64,000 nucleotides of DNA. Origin: Halarcobacter sp. (lineage in GTDB: Bacteria; Campylobacterota; Campylobacteria; Campylobacterales; Arcobacteraceae). Under the pieces are notes generated by a model. That model did no database searches and was not told where the DNA came from. It worked only from the letters and a program-made list of their open reading frames with translations. This document shows, in pieces, positions 50,062-60,229 of the stretch (positions are counted from its first letter, which is position 1; every line of letters starts with the position of its first letter). The translations under genes and the position numbers were made by a program. The stretch spans positions 2,720,001 through 2,784,000 of the forward strand of contig OY781089.1 in assembly GCA_963676565.1 (NCBI GenBank), written 5' to 3'.

Positions 50062-50565
50062 TTAGAATTTGTAAACTAGTCCAAATGAAGCACTATTTAT
50101 ATGAATGTCTTCATTTTTTCCATCTAATTTATATTCTAAATCATAACCTTTATAACCAAATTGTAAATCATAAGATGTAGAAAGTGAGTAATTAACTAAA
50201 AGACCATAATTAATCCCGCCAGCACTTACATCTTTGTTAGAACTATTTTTAAGTCCTGTTCCCATTCCAGTTAAGCCAATAACACCATATAAAGTTGTAT
50301 TAGAAAATATCTCTTTCCCTAATTTTGCATTAAAAGAAATTGCATCACCTGTATCATTAGAACCATCTGCACTAGTAACATTTACACCTAATGCAAATTT
50401 ACACTCCTCTCCCCATTCATATGAATAACCAACATTTACTCCAAAGTCTGAATTTATATCACCTGAATATGTATCAATTCCAACATTTAACTGATGTCCT
50501 GAAGTTTGGGCATTTAATAAGTTTATAAATAACCCAACTGATAATATTGTTATTTTTATTTTCAT
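50062..50565 (-). CDS. Small outer membrane beta-barrel protein
   Basis: Signal peptide, alternating beta strands, C-terminal GLVYKF. Confidence 0.75.
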   Translation of the reverse strand: MKIKITILSVGLFINLLNAQTSGHQLNVGIDTYSGDINSDFGVNVGYSYEWGEECKFALGVNVTSADGSNDTGDAISFNAKLGKEIFSNTTLYGVIGLTGMGTGLKNSSNKDVSAGGINYGLLVNYSLSTSYDLQFGYKGYDLEYKLDGKNEDIHINSASFGLVYKF

Positions 50566-50643
50566 TGTTTCTCCTTTATTTTTAAAATTATATAGATAAA
50601 ATAGATTTAATACTTTTCCATTTTTGCTAACTAGGAGAATTTA

Positions 50644-51489
50644 ATGGATTACTATAATAGTTCAATAAAAAAAGCTATTAAATATATAGAAGAAAATCTA
50701 AATGAACAACTTGATTTAAATAATATCTCAAAAGCAGCTTCATATAGCCCATACCATTTTTCAAGAGTTTTCAAACAAGCAACAGGGGAGAACATAAACA
50801 ATATGATAAAAAGACTTCGTCTTGCGCAAAGTACTCATGAACTACTTTTTCAAAACTCTTCAATTACAGAAATTGGACTAAATATTGGTTATGAAACACC
50901 AAGTAGTTTTAACAAAGCTTTTAAAAAACTATTTAATATGAGTCCTAGAGAATATAAAAAACAAACAGAAGAAAACCTAAAAAACCATTTTCAAGAACTA
51001 AAAATAAAACCTGAAATTATAGATATAAAAGAAGATATCTATACTTTATTTTATAGGTCATTAGGGGAATACAATGATGCCGCAATTGAAGCTTGGAATA
51101 AATTAATTTCAAAAGAAGAACATTTAAAAGAGATAAATTATGAATTTTTAGGGAAAAGATATTTTGGTCTTTGCTATGATAATCCTAACATTACAGAATA
51201 TGACTATATGAGATATGAAGCTTGTGTCTTATTAGACAATGAAGAGTTACCTAAGATTTATACAAAATACATAAGGGTTTTACCTAAAGGGAAATATGCA
51301 GTTTTAAAATATACTGGTGGATATGATGAACTTTACGATATTTGGTTTCAGTTTTATGGATGGATTTATAATCAAAACTTGCAATTATCAAACTTCCCTC
51401 CCATAGAAGAATATCTTGATAATCCAGAGGATATATTAAATGGAATTATCAAATATAATACAACTAATTTGATGTTGAAACTAGATTAA
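50644..51489 (+). CDS. AraC-family regulator with GyrI-like effector domain
   Basis: N-terminal SPYHFSRVFK / GYETPSSF.KAFKK; C-terminal YDNP..T, G.YAV.KY.G.Y and EEYLD.P motifs. Confidence 0.92.
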   Translation: MDYYNSSIKKAIKYIEENLNEQLDLNNISKAASYSPYHFSRVFKQATGENINNMIKRLRLAQSTHELLFQNSSITEIGLNIGYETPSSFNKAFKKLFNMSPREYKKQTEENLKNHFQELKIKPEIIDIKEDIYTLFYRSLGEYNDAAIEAWNKLISKEEHLKEINYEFLGKRYFGLCYDNPNITEYDYMRYEACVLLDNEELPKIYTKYIRVLPKGKYAVLKYTGGYDELYDIWFQFYGWIYNQNLQLSNFPPIEEYLDNPEDILNGIIKYNTTNLMLKLD

Positions 51490-51515
51490 AAGATTCAAGT
51501 AGATAAAATCATTCC

Positions 51516-52010
51516 ATGAATAAAAAAATAAAAAAATATATAAAAGAGATTGTTAAATACTCAATCATTTTAATTATTGTATTAAATGTAGTAAGCTTTT
51601 ATAAATCACAAGATTTAAATAAAGAAGATTTTCCATACAAAACCTTTGAACTAATTGATGGTTCAAGCTATTCTTTAGATGAAAATAAACCTTTATTAAT
51701 TTATTTTTGGGCTACGTGGTGTCCTATTTGTAAGTTTCAATCACCAAATATTGAAGAACTTTCAAAAGAATATCAAGTAATAACATTTGCTAGTCAATCT
51801 GGTTCAAAAAAGGAAATTGAAGATTATCTAAAAAAACATGAATTAACTTTTAAAGTCGTTGATGATATTTACAATGACTTTGCGTATAGATTTAACATAA
51901 AAGCATATCCTACAACTCTGATTTATGATAAAGATGGCAATCTAAAATTTAGTGATGTGGGATTTACATCAAGTTTTAGCTTGAAATTAAAGTTGTGGTG
52001 GAGTAAATAA
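51516..52010 (+). CDS. Membrane-anchored redoxin/TlpA-like thioredoxin
   Basis: YFWATWCPIC and YPTT motifs; N-terminal TM. Confidence 0.88.
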   Translation: MNKKIKKYIKEIVKYSIILIIVLNVVSFYKSQDLNKEDFPYKTFELIDGSSYSLDENKPLLIYFWATWCPICKFQSPNIEELSKEYQVITFASQSGSKKEIEDYLKKHELTFKVVDDIYNDFAYRFNIKAYPTTLIYDKDGNLKFSDVGFTSSFSLKLKLWWSK

Positions 52011-52088
52011 AAATTTATTTATACTTAATAAAACTTTTTAAATACTAATTTTTTTATCTATTTTAACTTGTTATGTTAAAACTACAAA

Positions 52089-53765
52089 ATGAAAAATAAC
52101 ACAATAAAAAATATAAATACAATTGATGAACTAGCAAAATTTGCTGATTATTCTTTTTTAAATACACTTGTTTGTGATCCATTGGCAAATAAAGATGGAC
52201 AAAACCATAATCCAAGAGAAGTTTTTAATGGACACTATGTGCCAGTAACTCCAACAGCTATAAAAAACCCAATATATATTACTCACAGTAAAACTTTTTT
52301 TAAAGAATTAGGATTAGATGATTCTTTAGCAAAAGATGAAGAGTTTATTAAAATGTTTTCAGGGGACACTTCAAATATAAAAAAACCTTTAAAAAACATA
52401 GGTTGGGCAACGGGATATGCCCTATCAATTTATGGGACTGAATACTATATGCAATGCCCTTTTCAAACGGGAAATGGATATGGAGATGGTAGAGCAATTT
52501 CAATTTTAGAAGCAGTAATAAATAACAAAAGATGGGAGTTTCAACTAAAAGGAGCAGGAAGAACACCCTATTGTAGAGGAGCAGATGGACGTGCAGTTTT
52601 AAGATCAAGCATTAGAGAATTTTTAGCACAAGAACATATGTTTGCCCTTGGTGTTCCAACATCAAGGTCACTAAGCTTATACACTTCAAAAACTGAAACT
52701 GTAACTAGACCTTGGTTTAACGAAAACTCTTATTCAAGGGATCCTGAACGAATGATTGAAGAGAATGTTGCAATATCCACAAGAGTTGCTCCATCATTTA
52801 TAAGAGTTGGTCAATTTGAACTATTTGGAAGACGAGCAAGAAAAAAAGAGCATCCAAAAGCATTAGAAGAGCTTGAGCAACTAGTTCTTCATACAATAAA
52901 AAGGGAATATCAAGATGAAATAGAAGAAAACTCTAGTATTGAAGAAAAAGTAATATTATTAGCCCTAAAATTTAGAGAACGACTTACTTCATTAGTTGCT
53001 AATTGGATAAGAGTTGGATATTGTCAAGGTAATTTCAACAGCGATAACACTTCTGTTGGAGGATTTACTTTAGATTTTGGACCCTTTGGATTTATAGATA
53101 TCTTTGACCCTGAATATCAACCTTGGACAGGTGGAGGATTGCACTTTTCATTCTTTAATCAAACAGAAGCTGCTAGAAAAAACTTTAATAGTTTTTGTAG
53201 TGCTTTAATGCCACTACTTGAGACAAATCAAAATGCTTTGGAAAACCTTGCAGGCATTAGAAGTGGTTTTGCAAAAGAGATGAATGAAAAAATGGAAAAG
53301 ATGTGGGCTTCAAAATTAGGCTTAGAAAAATATGATGACAAACTGTTTAATGAACTAATGCACCTAATGTTAAAAAGTGAAGCTGACTATACAATACTTT
53401 TCCGTGAACTTTCATCAATTCCAAAAGATGTTTCAGATCTTGAAATTAGTTTTTATAGAAAAATAAATGATAAAGATTTACAAAATAGATGGAACAAATG
53501 GTTAGAAAATTGGAAAAGTAAACTTAGTGTTTCAAGTGAAGAATTAAAAACTATAAACCCTAAATATAGCCTAAAGGAGTGGTTTTTGGTTGAGGCTTAT
53601 GAAAAGGCAAATGATGGGGACTATAGTTTAATTCTTGAATTACAAGAAGTGATGACTAATCCTTACCTAGAACAATCAAAACAAATAGAAGAAAAATATT
53701 ATGTAAAAAAACCAATTAACTATTTTGGCGTAGCAGGTATTTCTCATATTACATGTTCATCATAA
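52089..53765 (+). CDS. selO: Protein adenylyltransferase SelO/YdiU family
   Basis: [38 protein letters not shown] and DFGPFGF motifs; C-terminal CSS. Confidence 0.92.
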   Translation: MKNNTIKNINTIDELAKFADYSFLNTLVCDPLANKDGQNHNPREVFNGHYVPVTPTAIKNPIYITHSKTFFKELGLDDSLAKDEEFIKMFSGDTSNIKKPLKNIGWATGYALSIYGTEYYMQCPFQTGNGYGDGRAISILEAVINNKRWEFQLKGAGRTPYCRGADGRAVLRSSIREFLAQEHMFALGVPTSRSLSLYTSKTETVTRPWFNENSYSRDPERMIEENVAISTRVAPSFIRVGQFELFGRRARKKEHPKALEELEQLVLHTIKREYQDEIEENSSIEEKVILLALKFRERLTSLVANWIRVGYCQGNFNSDNTSVGGFTLDFGPFGFIDIFDPEYQPWTGGGLHFSFFNQTEAARKNFNSFCSALMPLLETNQNALENLAGIRSGFAKEMNEKMEKMWASKLGLEKYDDKLFNELMHLMLKSEADYTILFRELSSIPKDVSDLEISFYRKINDKDLQNRWNKWLENWKSKLSVSSEELKTINPKYSLKEWFLVEAYEKANDGDYSLILELQEVMTNPYLEQSKQIEEKYYVKKPINYFGVAGISHITCSS

Positions 53766-53792
53766 AAAAAGTCAAAAAAAGACTTTTTTTAT
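53762..53792 (+). terminator. Intrinsic terminator after selO
   Basis: ATAAAAAAAGTC-N7-GACTTTTTTTAT. Confidence 0.55.
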
Positions 53793-53859
53793 AGTTTTCA
53801 CTACTTTATAGCCACTTTTTTGTTGTATTATTTTACGGAAAAACATATAGGAAAAAATT

Positions 53860-54075
53860 ATGATTGGAAGTAAATATAAAGCAACAACACAAGATAACAA
53901 TGTTGTAGTAAAATTTAGTGATAAGGTAATTTCTTACGAGGTTGATAGTAAAGAAATGGCATCAAAAGTTTCTAAGTTATTTAATGAAATAGGTGTATTA
54001 GAACTATCAGAAATCTGGGATACAATTTTCAAAGCTATAAATCAATATAAAAAACAAATCAATAGCGCATTTTAA
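53860..54075 (+). CDS. Hypothetical protein
   Basis: 71-aa ORF with AGGA RBS; no recognised motif. Confidence 0.55.
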   Translation: MIGSKYKATTQDNNVVVKFSDKVISYEVDSKEMASKVSKLFNEIGVLELSEIWDTIFKAINQYKKQINSAF

Positions 54076-54464
54076 AGATCACCAAAACTAGCAAAGGCAC
54101 TTTCTATACTTGGAATTGTTTTATAACTAGTTTTTGTGAGCCTTACATTTTTCGTATTTAAATTGCATATGGCAATCTTAAAGTTTGCGCCCATATGTGG
54201 TTCAACAACGCAGATAATCTTATCATCAATTTGCCTTGTTGCATGAATAATGCCTTGCAAAGAATTGAAAAAATACTTTGGATAAGTTAAAGGTGTTATT
54301 TCAACAATATCAATAGTTTCTTCATTTTCTAATGTTTGTACTATATCCATAGCATCTTCATAACTATCAAATTGGATACACCAATCATCAAAGTTTTTAT
54401 TAAAGTGTACCATGTCCTCATCTAAAAAGCCACCAGCTAATGATTGTAATGCATATATCGACAA
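54072..54464 (-). CDS. Hypothetical protein
   Basis: 130-aa ORF, TTG start after AAGGGG RBS, protein-like composition. Confidence 0.65.
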   Translation of the reverse strand: MSIYALQSLAGGFLDEDMVHFNKNFDDWCIQFDSYEDAMDIVQTLENEETIDIVEITPLTYPKYFFNSLQGIIHATRQIDDKIICVVEPHMGANFKIAICNLNTKNVRLTKTSYKTIPSIESAFASFGDL

Positions 54465-54573
54465 ACAATCCCCTTTTTTATAAAAAATTTTCCAAGAGAT
54501 AATTTTAACATATTATTTTTTATCTTTTATAAAGATTACTTGTATAAACTTCTATACTAGAAAAAGGATACAT

Positions 54574-54774
54574 ATGGAAATAATGGTATATGTTATAGTA
54601 TTTTTTATAATTGGATATGCAATTACAAAAATACTAAAAGAGAATAATAAAATCATACTAGCAATTTTAGGCATAGCAATATTTTGGGGATTTTACTATC
54701 ATCCTATGTGGGGATTAGTAAGTTTAGGTGAAATGGCCATGGGATACTTTGTTGTTAGGTTTAATGAAAATTAA
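54574..54774 (+). CDS. Small membrane protein
   Basis: AAGGA RBS; 66 aa, hydrophobic. Confidence 0.6.
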   Translation: MEIMVYVIVFFIIGYAITKILKENNKIILAILGIAIFWGFYYHPMWGLVSLGEMAMGYFVVRFNEN

Positions 54775-54877
54775 TCATTTTTGTTAAGATTTAAAAATGG
54801 ATATAAAAAAAACATTATAAAGTAAAAATTCCTATTAAAAAAAGATAATATTAGTTTTATTTTAAGAGGATTATAAA

Positions 54878-56497
54878 ATGTCAACAAAAAAGTTTGAAAA
54901 TATTATTAGATCAATAGAAGAAATACCCAATGAATTTAGATTTGATGGTGAGATAATTCAAAGTGAATATTTAATAGATGGCGAGATTAGAAATTGGAAA
55001 GGGGAACAACAGGATGTTTATTCCCCAATTTGTTTAAAAGAGAATGAGAATAAACAATTTAAACTAGGAACTTATCCCATGTTAACTCAAATAGAAGCAA
55101 ACCAAGCTTTAGAGTCTGCTTCAAATGCATATAATATGGGAATGGGAGAATGGCCTCAAATGAGTGTAGGTCAAAGAATTAAACATATTGAAAAATTCAC
55201 TTTTAAAATGATTGAAAAAAGAGATGAAGTTGTAAAACTTCTAATGTGGGAAATTGGAAAATCATATAAAGATTCCCAAAAAGAGTTTGATAGAACAGTT
55301 GATTATATTAAAGATACTATTGATGCTTTAAAAGAGTTAGATAGAAAAAATTCAAAACTTGAGATTAATTCAGGAATATTAGCACAAATAAAAAGATCTC
55401 CTATTGGGATTACATTGTGTATTGGGCCTTTTAATTATCCATTAAATGAAACCTTTACAACATTAATTCCTGCACTTATTATGGGGAATGTAGTAATCTT
55501 TAAACCCCCAAAATTTGGAGTACTATTACACAAACCATTACTTGAAGCTTTTAAAGACTCTTTTCCTAAAGGTGTAGTAAATACTCTTTATGGTTCAGGG
55601 GCAAAACTCTTAACACCATTAATGAAAAGTGGAAAAATTGATGTTTTAGCATTTATAGGTAGTTCAAATGTTGCAAGCCAATTAAAACATAATCACCCAA
55701 AACCAAATAGATTAAAAGCAATATTAGGTCTTGAAGCAAAAAATGCAGGAATAATAATGCCCGATGCGAATTTGGAAGTTGCAGTAAATGAATGTGTTTC
55801 AGGTAGCTTATCTTTTAATGGTCAAAGATGTACAGCTTTAAAAATATTGTTTGTGCATGAAAATATTGTTGGAAGTTTTTTAGAACAATTTAATGCAAAA
55901 ATTGATGATATCAAATGTGGATTGCCATGGGATGAAGATGTTCAAATAACACCTCTTCCTGAGTATAAAAAAACAGAATATCTAAAAGAATTAATTGATG
56001 ATGCACTTAAAAATGGAGCAAATATTGTAAATAAAAATGGTGGGACTATTAAAAATACCTTTATGTTTCCTGCTGTATTGTATCCAGTAAATAAAAATAT
56101 GAAAATTTATCATGTGGAGCAATTTGGCCCAATAGTTCCAATACTTACATACAAAGATATAAAAGAACCTCTACTTTATATGATGGAATCAAACTATGGA
56201 CAACAAGTTAGTATTTTTGGGAAAAATTCAGATGAGATTGCAAAACTAGTTGATGGCTTAGTAAATCAAGTAAGTCGTGTAAATATAAATTCTCAATGTC
56301 AAAGAGGACCAGATATTTTCCCATTCACAGGGAGAAAAGATTCAGCACAAAGTACATTATCTGTTAGTGATGCATTAAGAGCTTTTAGTATTAGATCAAT
56401 GGTTGCTATGAAAAATGACGCAGATAATAAAGAACTAGTCACATCAATACTTAGAAACCATAAATCTAATTTCTTATCAACTGATTTTATTCTTTAA
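54878..56497 (+). CDS. gapN: Non-phosphorylating NADP-dependent glyceraldehyde-3-phosphate dehydrogenase-like ALDH
   Basis: GPFNYPLNE, FKPP, FIGSS, GLEAKN, GQRCTA, EQFGP and QRGPD.FPF.GRKDS motifs. Confidence 0.8.
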   Translation: MSTKKFENIIRSIEEIPNEFRFDGEIIQSEYLIDGEIRNWKGEQQDVYSPICLKENENKQFKLGTYPMLTQIEANQALESASNAYNMGMGEWPQMSVGQRIKHIEKFTFKMIEKRDEVVKLLMWEIGKSYKDSQKEFDRTVDYIKDTIDALKELDRKNSKLEINSGILAQIKRSPIGITLCIGPFNYPLNETFTTLIPALIMGNVVIFKPPKFGVLLHKPLLEAFKDSFPKGVVNTLYGSGAKLLTPLMKSGKIDVLAFIGSSNVASQLKHNHPKPNRLKAILGLEAKNAGIIMPDANLEVAVNECVSGSLSFNGQRCTALKILFVHENIVGSFLEQFNAKIDDIKCGLPWDEDVQITPLPEYKKTEYLKELIDDALKNGANIVNKNGGTIKNTFMFPAVLYPVNKNMKIYHVEQFGPIVPILTYKDIKEPLLYMMESNYGQQVSIFGKNSDEIAKLVDGLVNQVSRVNINSQCQRGPDIFPFTGRKDSAQSTLSVSDALRAFSIRSMVAMKNDADNKELVTSILRNHKSNFLSTDFIL

Positions 56498-56585
56498 TAG
56501 AATTTTCAAATTTAGTAGTTTTTATATTATTTATAAGATATTTAAACTACTAAATATAATTCGAACGATATTTTAGATGTTCAAT

Positions 56586-56789
56586 CTATTTTTTTAAACA
56601 ATGAAAACTTTCCTTAGTCCATCTTCTAAATAAGCAGTTATAACAAGAATTAAATTTACTAGAGGTTACTAGTTCATCTTCATCTGCATCTAAATAAAAA
56701 TTTTTACATGAGTTAGCACTTTCTTTTGCCTTTTCATAGTTTTCTCTTCCAAATTTAAATACAAATTTGTCATCTATTTTTTCAAACAT
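56586..56789 (-). CDS. Small Cys-rich protein (C...CYNC.FRRW....F.C)
   Basis: 67 aa with four Cys; starts 1 nt after the previous stop, last gene of the uptake operon. Confidence 0.7.
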   Translation of the reverse strand: MFEKIDDKFVFKFGRENYEKAKESANSCKNFYLDADEDELVTSSKFNSCYNCLFRRWTKESFHCLKK

Positions 56790-56790
56790 T

Positions 56791-57528
56791 TTAGTATTTC
56801 CTTAATTCTTCTGTTGTCAATAATAAATATTCATCAAGTACTTTTTTAATAAGTACAACTGATTTGTGATTAAGCATAACTCTTTTTAATTTGTCATTTA
56901 TTTTTATGTTTATATCACTATTTGCAATTTGACCATTAGGAAATTGCACCTCATCAATACTTCCATGTTCTAATAACTCTTTCACACTTATGTATTCTCT
57001 TAATACTTTTAGATTTCCTTTTACCCTTCCATCACTTCCATATAATCTCAATGCAACTCCTGCTAAAGCTCCAATAACACCTTGTCCATTGTTTTTATGT
57101 TCGCTTAAATGTAGATTTTGAATTTTAGCCATTTCATATGCTTCATCTTTTGTTAACACTTTTTGTTTAGCATCAAATCCATATTGAATTAAATTTTGAG
57201 TATCAGTAAAATCTTTTTCAAAACCTATACAAATCCCTGGCTGTGAGGTTGGTGCTGAATATTTTTCTATATATTCTATTACAAACTTTGTAATCTCTTC
57301 TTTTTCTTCATATGTCAAATATGTTGTAAAACACATTGAACTATTGTGGGAAGTATAAGGAATATCTTCATGAATGAATAACTGATGCCTTGTAATTAAA
57401 GAACACGTTTTATCATATTTCTCTTCAATATGATTTTGAATCTCTTCACTTAATTGTCCAGTTGATTTTTCATAACCTATCTCATCTGTATCATCGATAC
57501 AAATATATGTTTTATAACTACTCATCAT
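56791..57528 (-). CDS. Standalone TiaS N-terminal/DUF1743-like protein
   Basis: ICIDDTD, RHQL...IPYTSHNS and GQGVIGALA resemble the DDTD / IP.K..GN / G.IGALA motifs of TiaS-type domains. Confidence 0.6.
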   Translation of the reverse strand: MMSSYKTYICIDDTDEIGYEKSTGQLSEEIQNHIEEKYDKTCSLITRHQLFIHEDIPYTSHNSSMCFTTYLTYEEKEEITKFVIEYIEKYSAPTSQPGICIGFEKDFTDTQNLIQYGFDAKQKVLTKDEAYEMAKIQNLHLSEHKNNGQGVIGALAGVALRLYGSDGRVKGNLKVLREYISVKELLEHGSIDEVQFPNGQIANSDINIKINDKLKRVMLNHKSVVLIKKVLDEYLLLTTEELRKY

Positions 57529-58420
57529 AACTCCTGTTTAAAAACAATTGATAAAATTCTTCTTTCTTCTTATCAAAATTATTTGGAAAATATTTAGGAT
57601 AAACTTTTGAACCTAACCAATAAGCACCCAATGTTTTAAAAAAAGATGGTGGATTATCTATCCAGTTTATTGGCTTTTGTGGTATTAAAAATACTTTTTT
57701 ATCTTTTACTGCTTTTAGATATCTATATTTATTGTTTGAAAATACATCTTTATAAAAATTTTTTTTATTTGTAATTATTACATCTGGATTTATTAAAAAT
57801 AGTTGTTCTAGATTAATTGTAATTCTCATATTTTTTAAATCATTACACTTTATTGGATTTTTTGCATTTATTAAGTTTATTGCTTCTGAATGGATAGAAT
57901 CTTCACATTCTGTTACTAAACCATCATCACTTTTTGCATAATATACATTTAGTAAATCATTATTAGGAATCTTTTTTGTTAATAGATTAATATTTGCTAA
58001 TTCTTTTTGAATATACTTAGATAAACTATTTCCCCTATCCTCTTTTCCCATAACTTTTCCCAAAGTTTTATACCCTTGGATATAACTTTCAATAGTTGTT
58101 AAATCAATTGAACAAGAATCAATTCCTACTTTTTCTAACTTATTGGCTAATTTTGAGTAATTACCTTTTGAATTCCAAAGAACAACTAAATCAACTTTTT
58201 TATTTAATAAATCTTCAACTGATTCTAGTTTTTTAAAGGGATCTACTTTATTTGATATTTTATCTGGAAACTTCAACTCATATACAGATTGAATCATCAT
58301 ATTAACTGGCCGAGACTTACCAACAACATTTTTTGCAACTTTTCCATATTCGCTACATTGTTTAATCTGTGATGAGAATAAAGAACTTAATAAAATAAAA
58401 AACAAAAATACTATTTTCAT
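57518..58420 (-). CDS. Type II ABC (BtuF/MolA-like) periplasmic binding protein
   Basis: Signal peptide; E.L...NPDVI, AVK.KKV..IP..P..W.D.PPS and WL...YP motifs. Start 58420. Confidence 0.85.
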   Translation of the reverse strand: MKIVFLFFILLSSLFSSQIKQCSEYGKVAKNVVGKSRPVNMMIQSVYELKFPDKISNKVDPFKKLESVEDLLNKKVDLVVLWNSKGNYSKLANKLEKVGIDSCSIDLTTIESYIQGYKTLGKVMGKEDRGNSLSKYIQKELANINLLTKKIPNNDLLNVYYAKSDDGLVTECEDSIHSEAINLINAKNPIKCNDLKNMRITINLEQLFLINPDVIITNKKNFYKDVFSNNKYRYLKAVKDKKVFLIPQKPINWIDNPPSFFKTLGAYWLGSKVYPKYFPNNFDKKKEEFYQLFLNRSYDE

Positions 58421-58431
58421 AAAATCTTTCC

Positions 58432-59199
58432 TTAGGCAAATTTGGGTATACAAAAGCTATGTTTATATAAATCTGTGATTTCGACATCTATTCCATATAA
58501 CTGTTTAATACTATTTTCATTTATCACTTCAGAGGTAACTCCATCATCTAAAACTTTTCCATCTTTAATAAGGATAGATTTGTTTGAGACTAAAAATGCA
58601 TGGTCAGGATAATGTGTCGATTTAATAAAGGTATACCCTTTTTGTGATAATTTTTTAATATGTTCTAAAAGTCTTAATTGATTACCATAATCTAATCCAC
58701 TAACTGGTTCATCCATAATAAATATTTTTGCTTCTTGTGCTAATGCCCTAGCAATTAAAACTAACCTTTTTTGTCCACCACTTAATTCATTATAAGCTTT
58801 TTTATAAAGATTAGATAAACCAACAACTTCTAGACTATTAAGTGCAATCTCTTTATCTTTTTTATTATAAGAAGAAAAAATACTTTGATAAGCAATCCTT
58901 CCCATCATCACAACTTCTAAAACACTAAAAGAAAAAGGTAAAAAGCTATTTTGAGGGACATATGCAATTTTTTTAGCTAAATCTTTTTGTTTATATTTAG
59001 AAACATCTTTATCTTCTAAATATATTTTTCCCGTGCTTGGAGGTAAAAGTCCTAGAATCAATTTTATCAAAGTTGTTTTTCCTGCTCCGTTTGCACCTAA
59101 TAAAGAGATAACATCACCATCTTGTATATTTAAACTAATACCATCTAATACATTTTTATTTGAATATCTATAACTAACATCACATATTTTTATCATCAA
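58432..59199 (-). CDS. ABC transporter ATP-binding protein
   Basis: GANGAGKT, LSGGQ, MDEP and STH.P motifs. Confidence 0.95.
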   Translation of the reverse strand: MMIKICDVSYRYSNKNVLDGISLNIQDGDVISLLGANGAGKTTLIKLILGLLPPSTGKIYLEDKDVSKYKQKDLAKKIAYVPQNSFLPFSFSVLEVVMMGRIAYQSIFSSYNKKDKEIALNSLEVVGLSNLYKKAYNELSGGQKRLVLIARALAQEAKIFIMDEPVSGLDYGNQLRLLEHIKKLSQKGYTFIKSTHYPDHAFLVSNKSILIKDGKVLDDGVTSEVINENSIKQLYGIDVEITDLYKHSFCIPKFA

Positions 59200-60209
59200 C
59201 TCAATCCTTTTCTTGAATTTTTTAAAGCAATAATAAACATTGGAATTCCAACAATAGAAGTTAAAATACCTATTGGAATTTCAATACTTAAAAGTAGTCT
59301 TGAAAAATTGTCTACTAAAACTAAAAAGATTGCTCCCATTAGTGCAACAGTTGGGATTAAAACAATATTATTTGATCCAACTATCAGCCTTGCAAAATGG
59401 GGAATAATCAATCCTATCCACCCTATCATACCTCCAATTGAAACACTTAATGCACTTATTAATGTTGCACATAAAATCACTATAAATCTGATTAACTTTA
59501 TATTTACACCTAAACTTTTTGCTTCATCATCTCCAAAACTTAAGATATTTAAATATTTGGACATAATTATTAAAGAAAAAATCCCTAATAACATTGGAAT
59601 AGAATATAAGCATATTTCATTTAATTCAACAGAAGCTAAACTGCCCATAAGCCAATAAACAATTGATGGTAATTTATCATAAGGATCTGCTGTATATTTA
59701 ACTATTGAAAGTAAAGTTGAAAAGAATGATCCACTAATAATCCCACCTAAAATAAGTATTAAAGTTGAACTATTTCTTTCTTTATAAATATATGTAATAA
59801 ATATTGCAAAAACTACAGCTATTACACCAAATATAAAAGAGAAAATTTGAGTTAAAAACCAACTATTAAAAAATGCAAGTGACAATGTTGCACCAAAAGC
59901 TGAGCCTGAAAGAACACCCAAAATACCTGGTGAAACAAGTGGGTTCATAAACATTGATTGAAAAGATGCCCCTGCAACGGCGTAAGATGCACCAATTAAT
60001 ATTGCAGCTAATATTCTAGGTAATCTTATATCAAAAATTATATTTTCTAAAAGTTGGAACTTTTCTATAGCAGAAGGTTCTATTCCAAGAAAGAAGTATT
60101 TCATCACCTCCATAAACTCTGATATAGATATTTTGTAATGTCCTAAAAATAAAGAACAAATAGAAAGACTTAAAAGTATAGCTACTAATAAAAAGTAAGT
60201 TTTTTTCAT
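59196..60209 (-). CDS. FecCD/BtuC-family ABC permease
   Basis: IRLPRI, NPLVSP.ILGV, GDDEAKSLGVN and IGWIGLIIPH motifs. Confidence 0.95.
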   Translation of the reverse strand: MKKTYFLLVAILLSLSICSLFLGHYKISISEFMEVMKYFFLGIEPSAIEKFQLLENIIFDIRLPRILAAILIGASYAVAGASFQSMFMNPLVSPGILGVLSGSAFGATLSLAFFNSWFLTQIFSFIFGVIAVVFAIFITYIYKERNSSTLILILGGIISGSFFSTLLSIVKYTADPYDKLPSIVYWLMGSLASVELNEICLYSIPMLLGIFSLIIMSKYLNILSFGDDEAKSLGVNIKLIRFIVILCATLISALSVSIGGMIGWIGLIIPHFARLIVGSNNIVLIPTVALMGAIFLVLVDNFSRLLLSIEIPIGILTSIVGIPMFIIALKNSRKGLS

Positions 60210-60229
60210 CTAAGTCTTCCTATTTTTAA

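Noticed and set aside
56791..57528. A true tRNA(Ile2) agmatidine synthetase
   Set aside because: Only 245 aa, no recognisable OB-fold or zinc-ribbon region, and it lies in a transport operon.
32370..58453. Longest-ORF starts for vanA (32400), mobA (36047), porin (38172), ligB (43304), ligK (45521) and the ABC binding protein (58453)
   Set aside because: They overlap upstream genes or promoters. Downstream ATGs have RBSs and family-typical N-termini.
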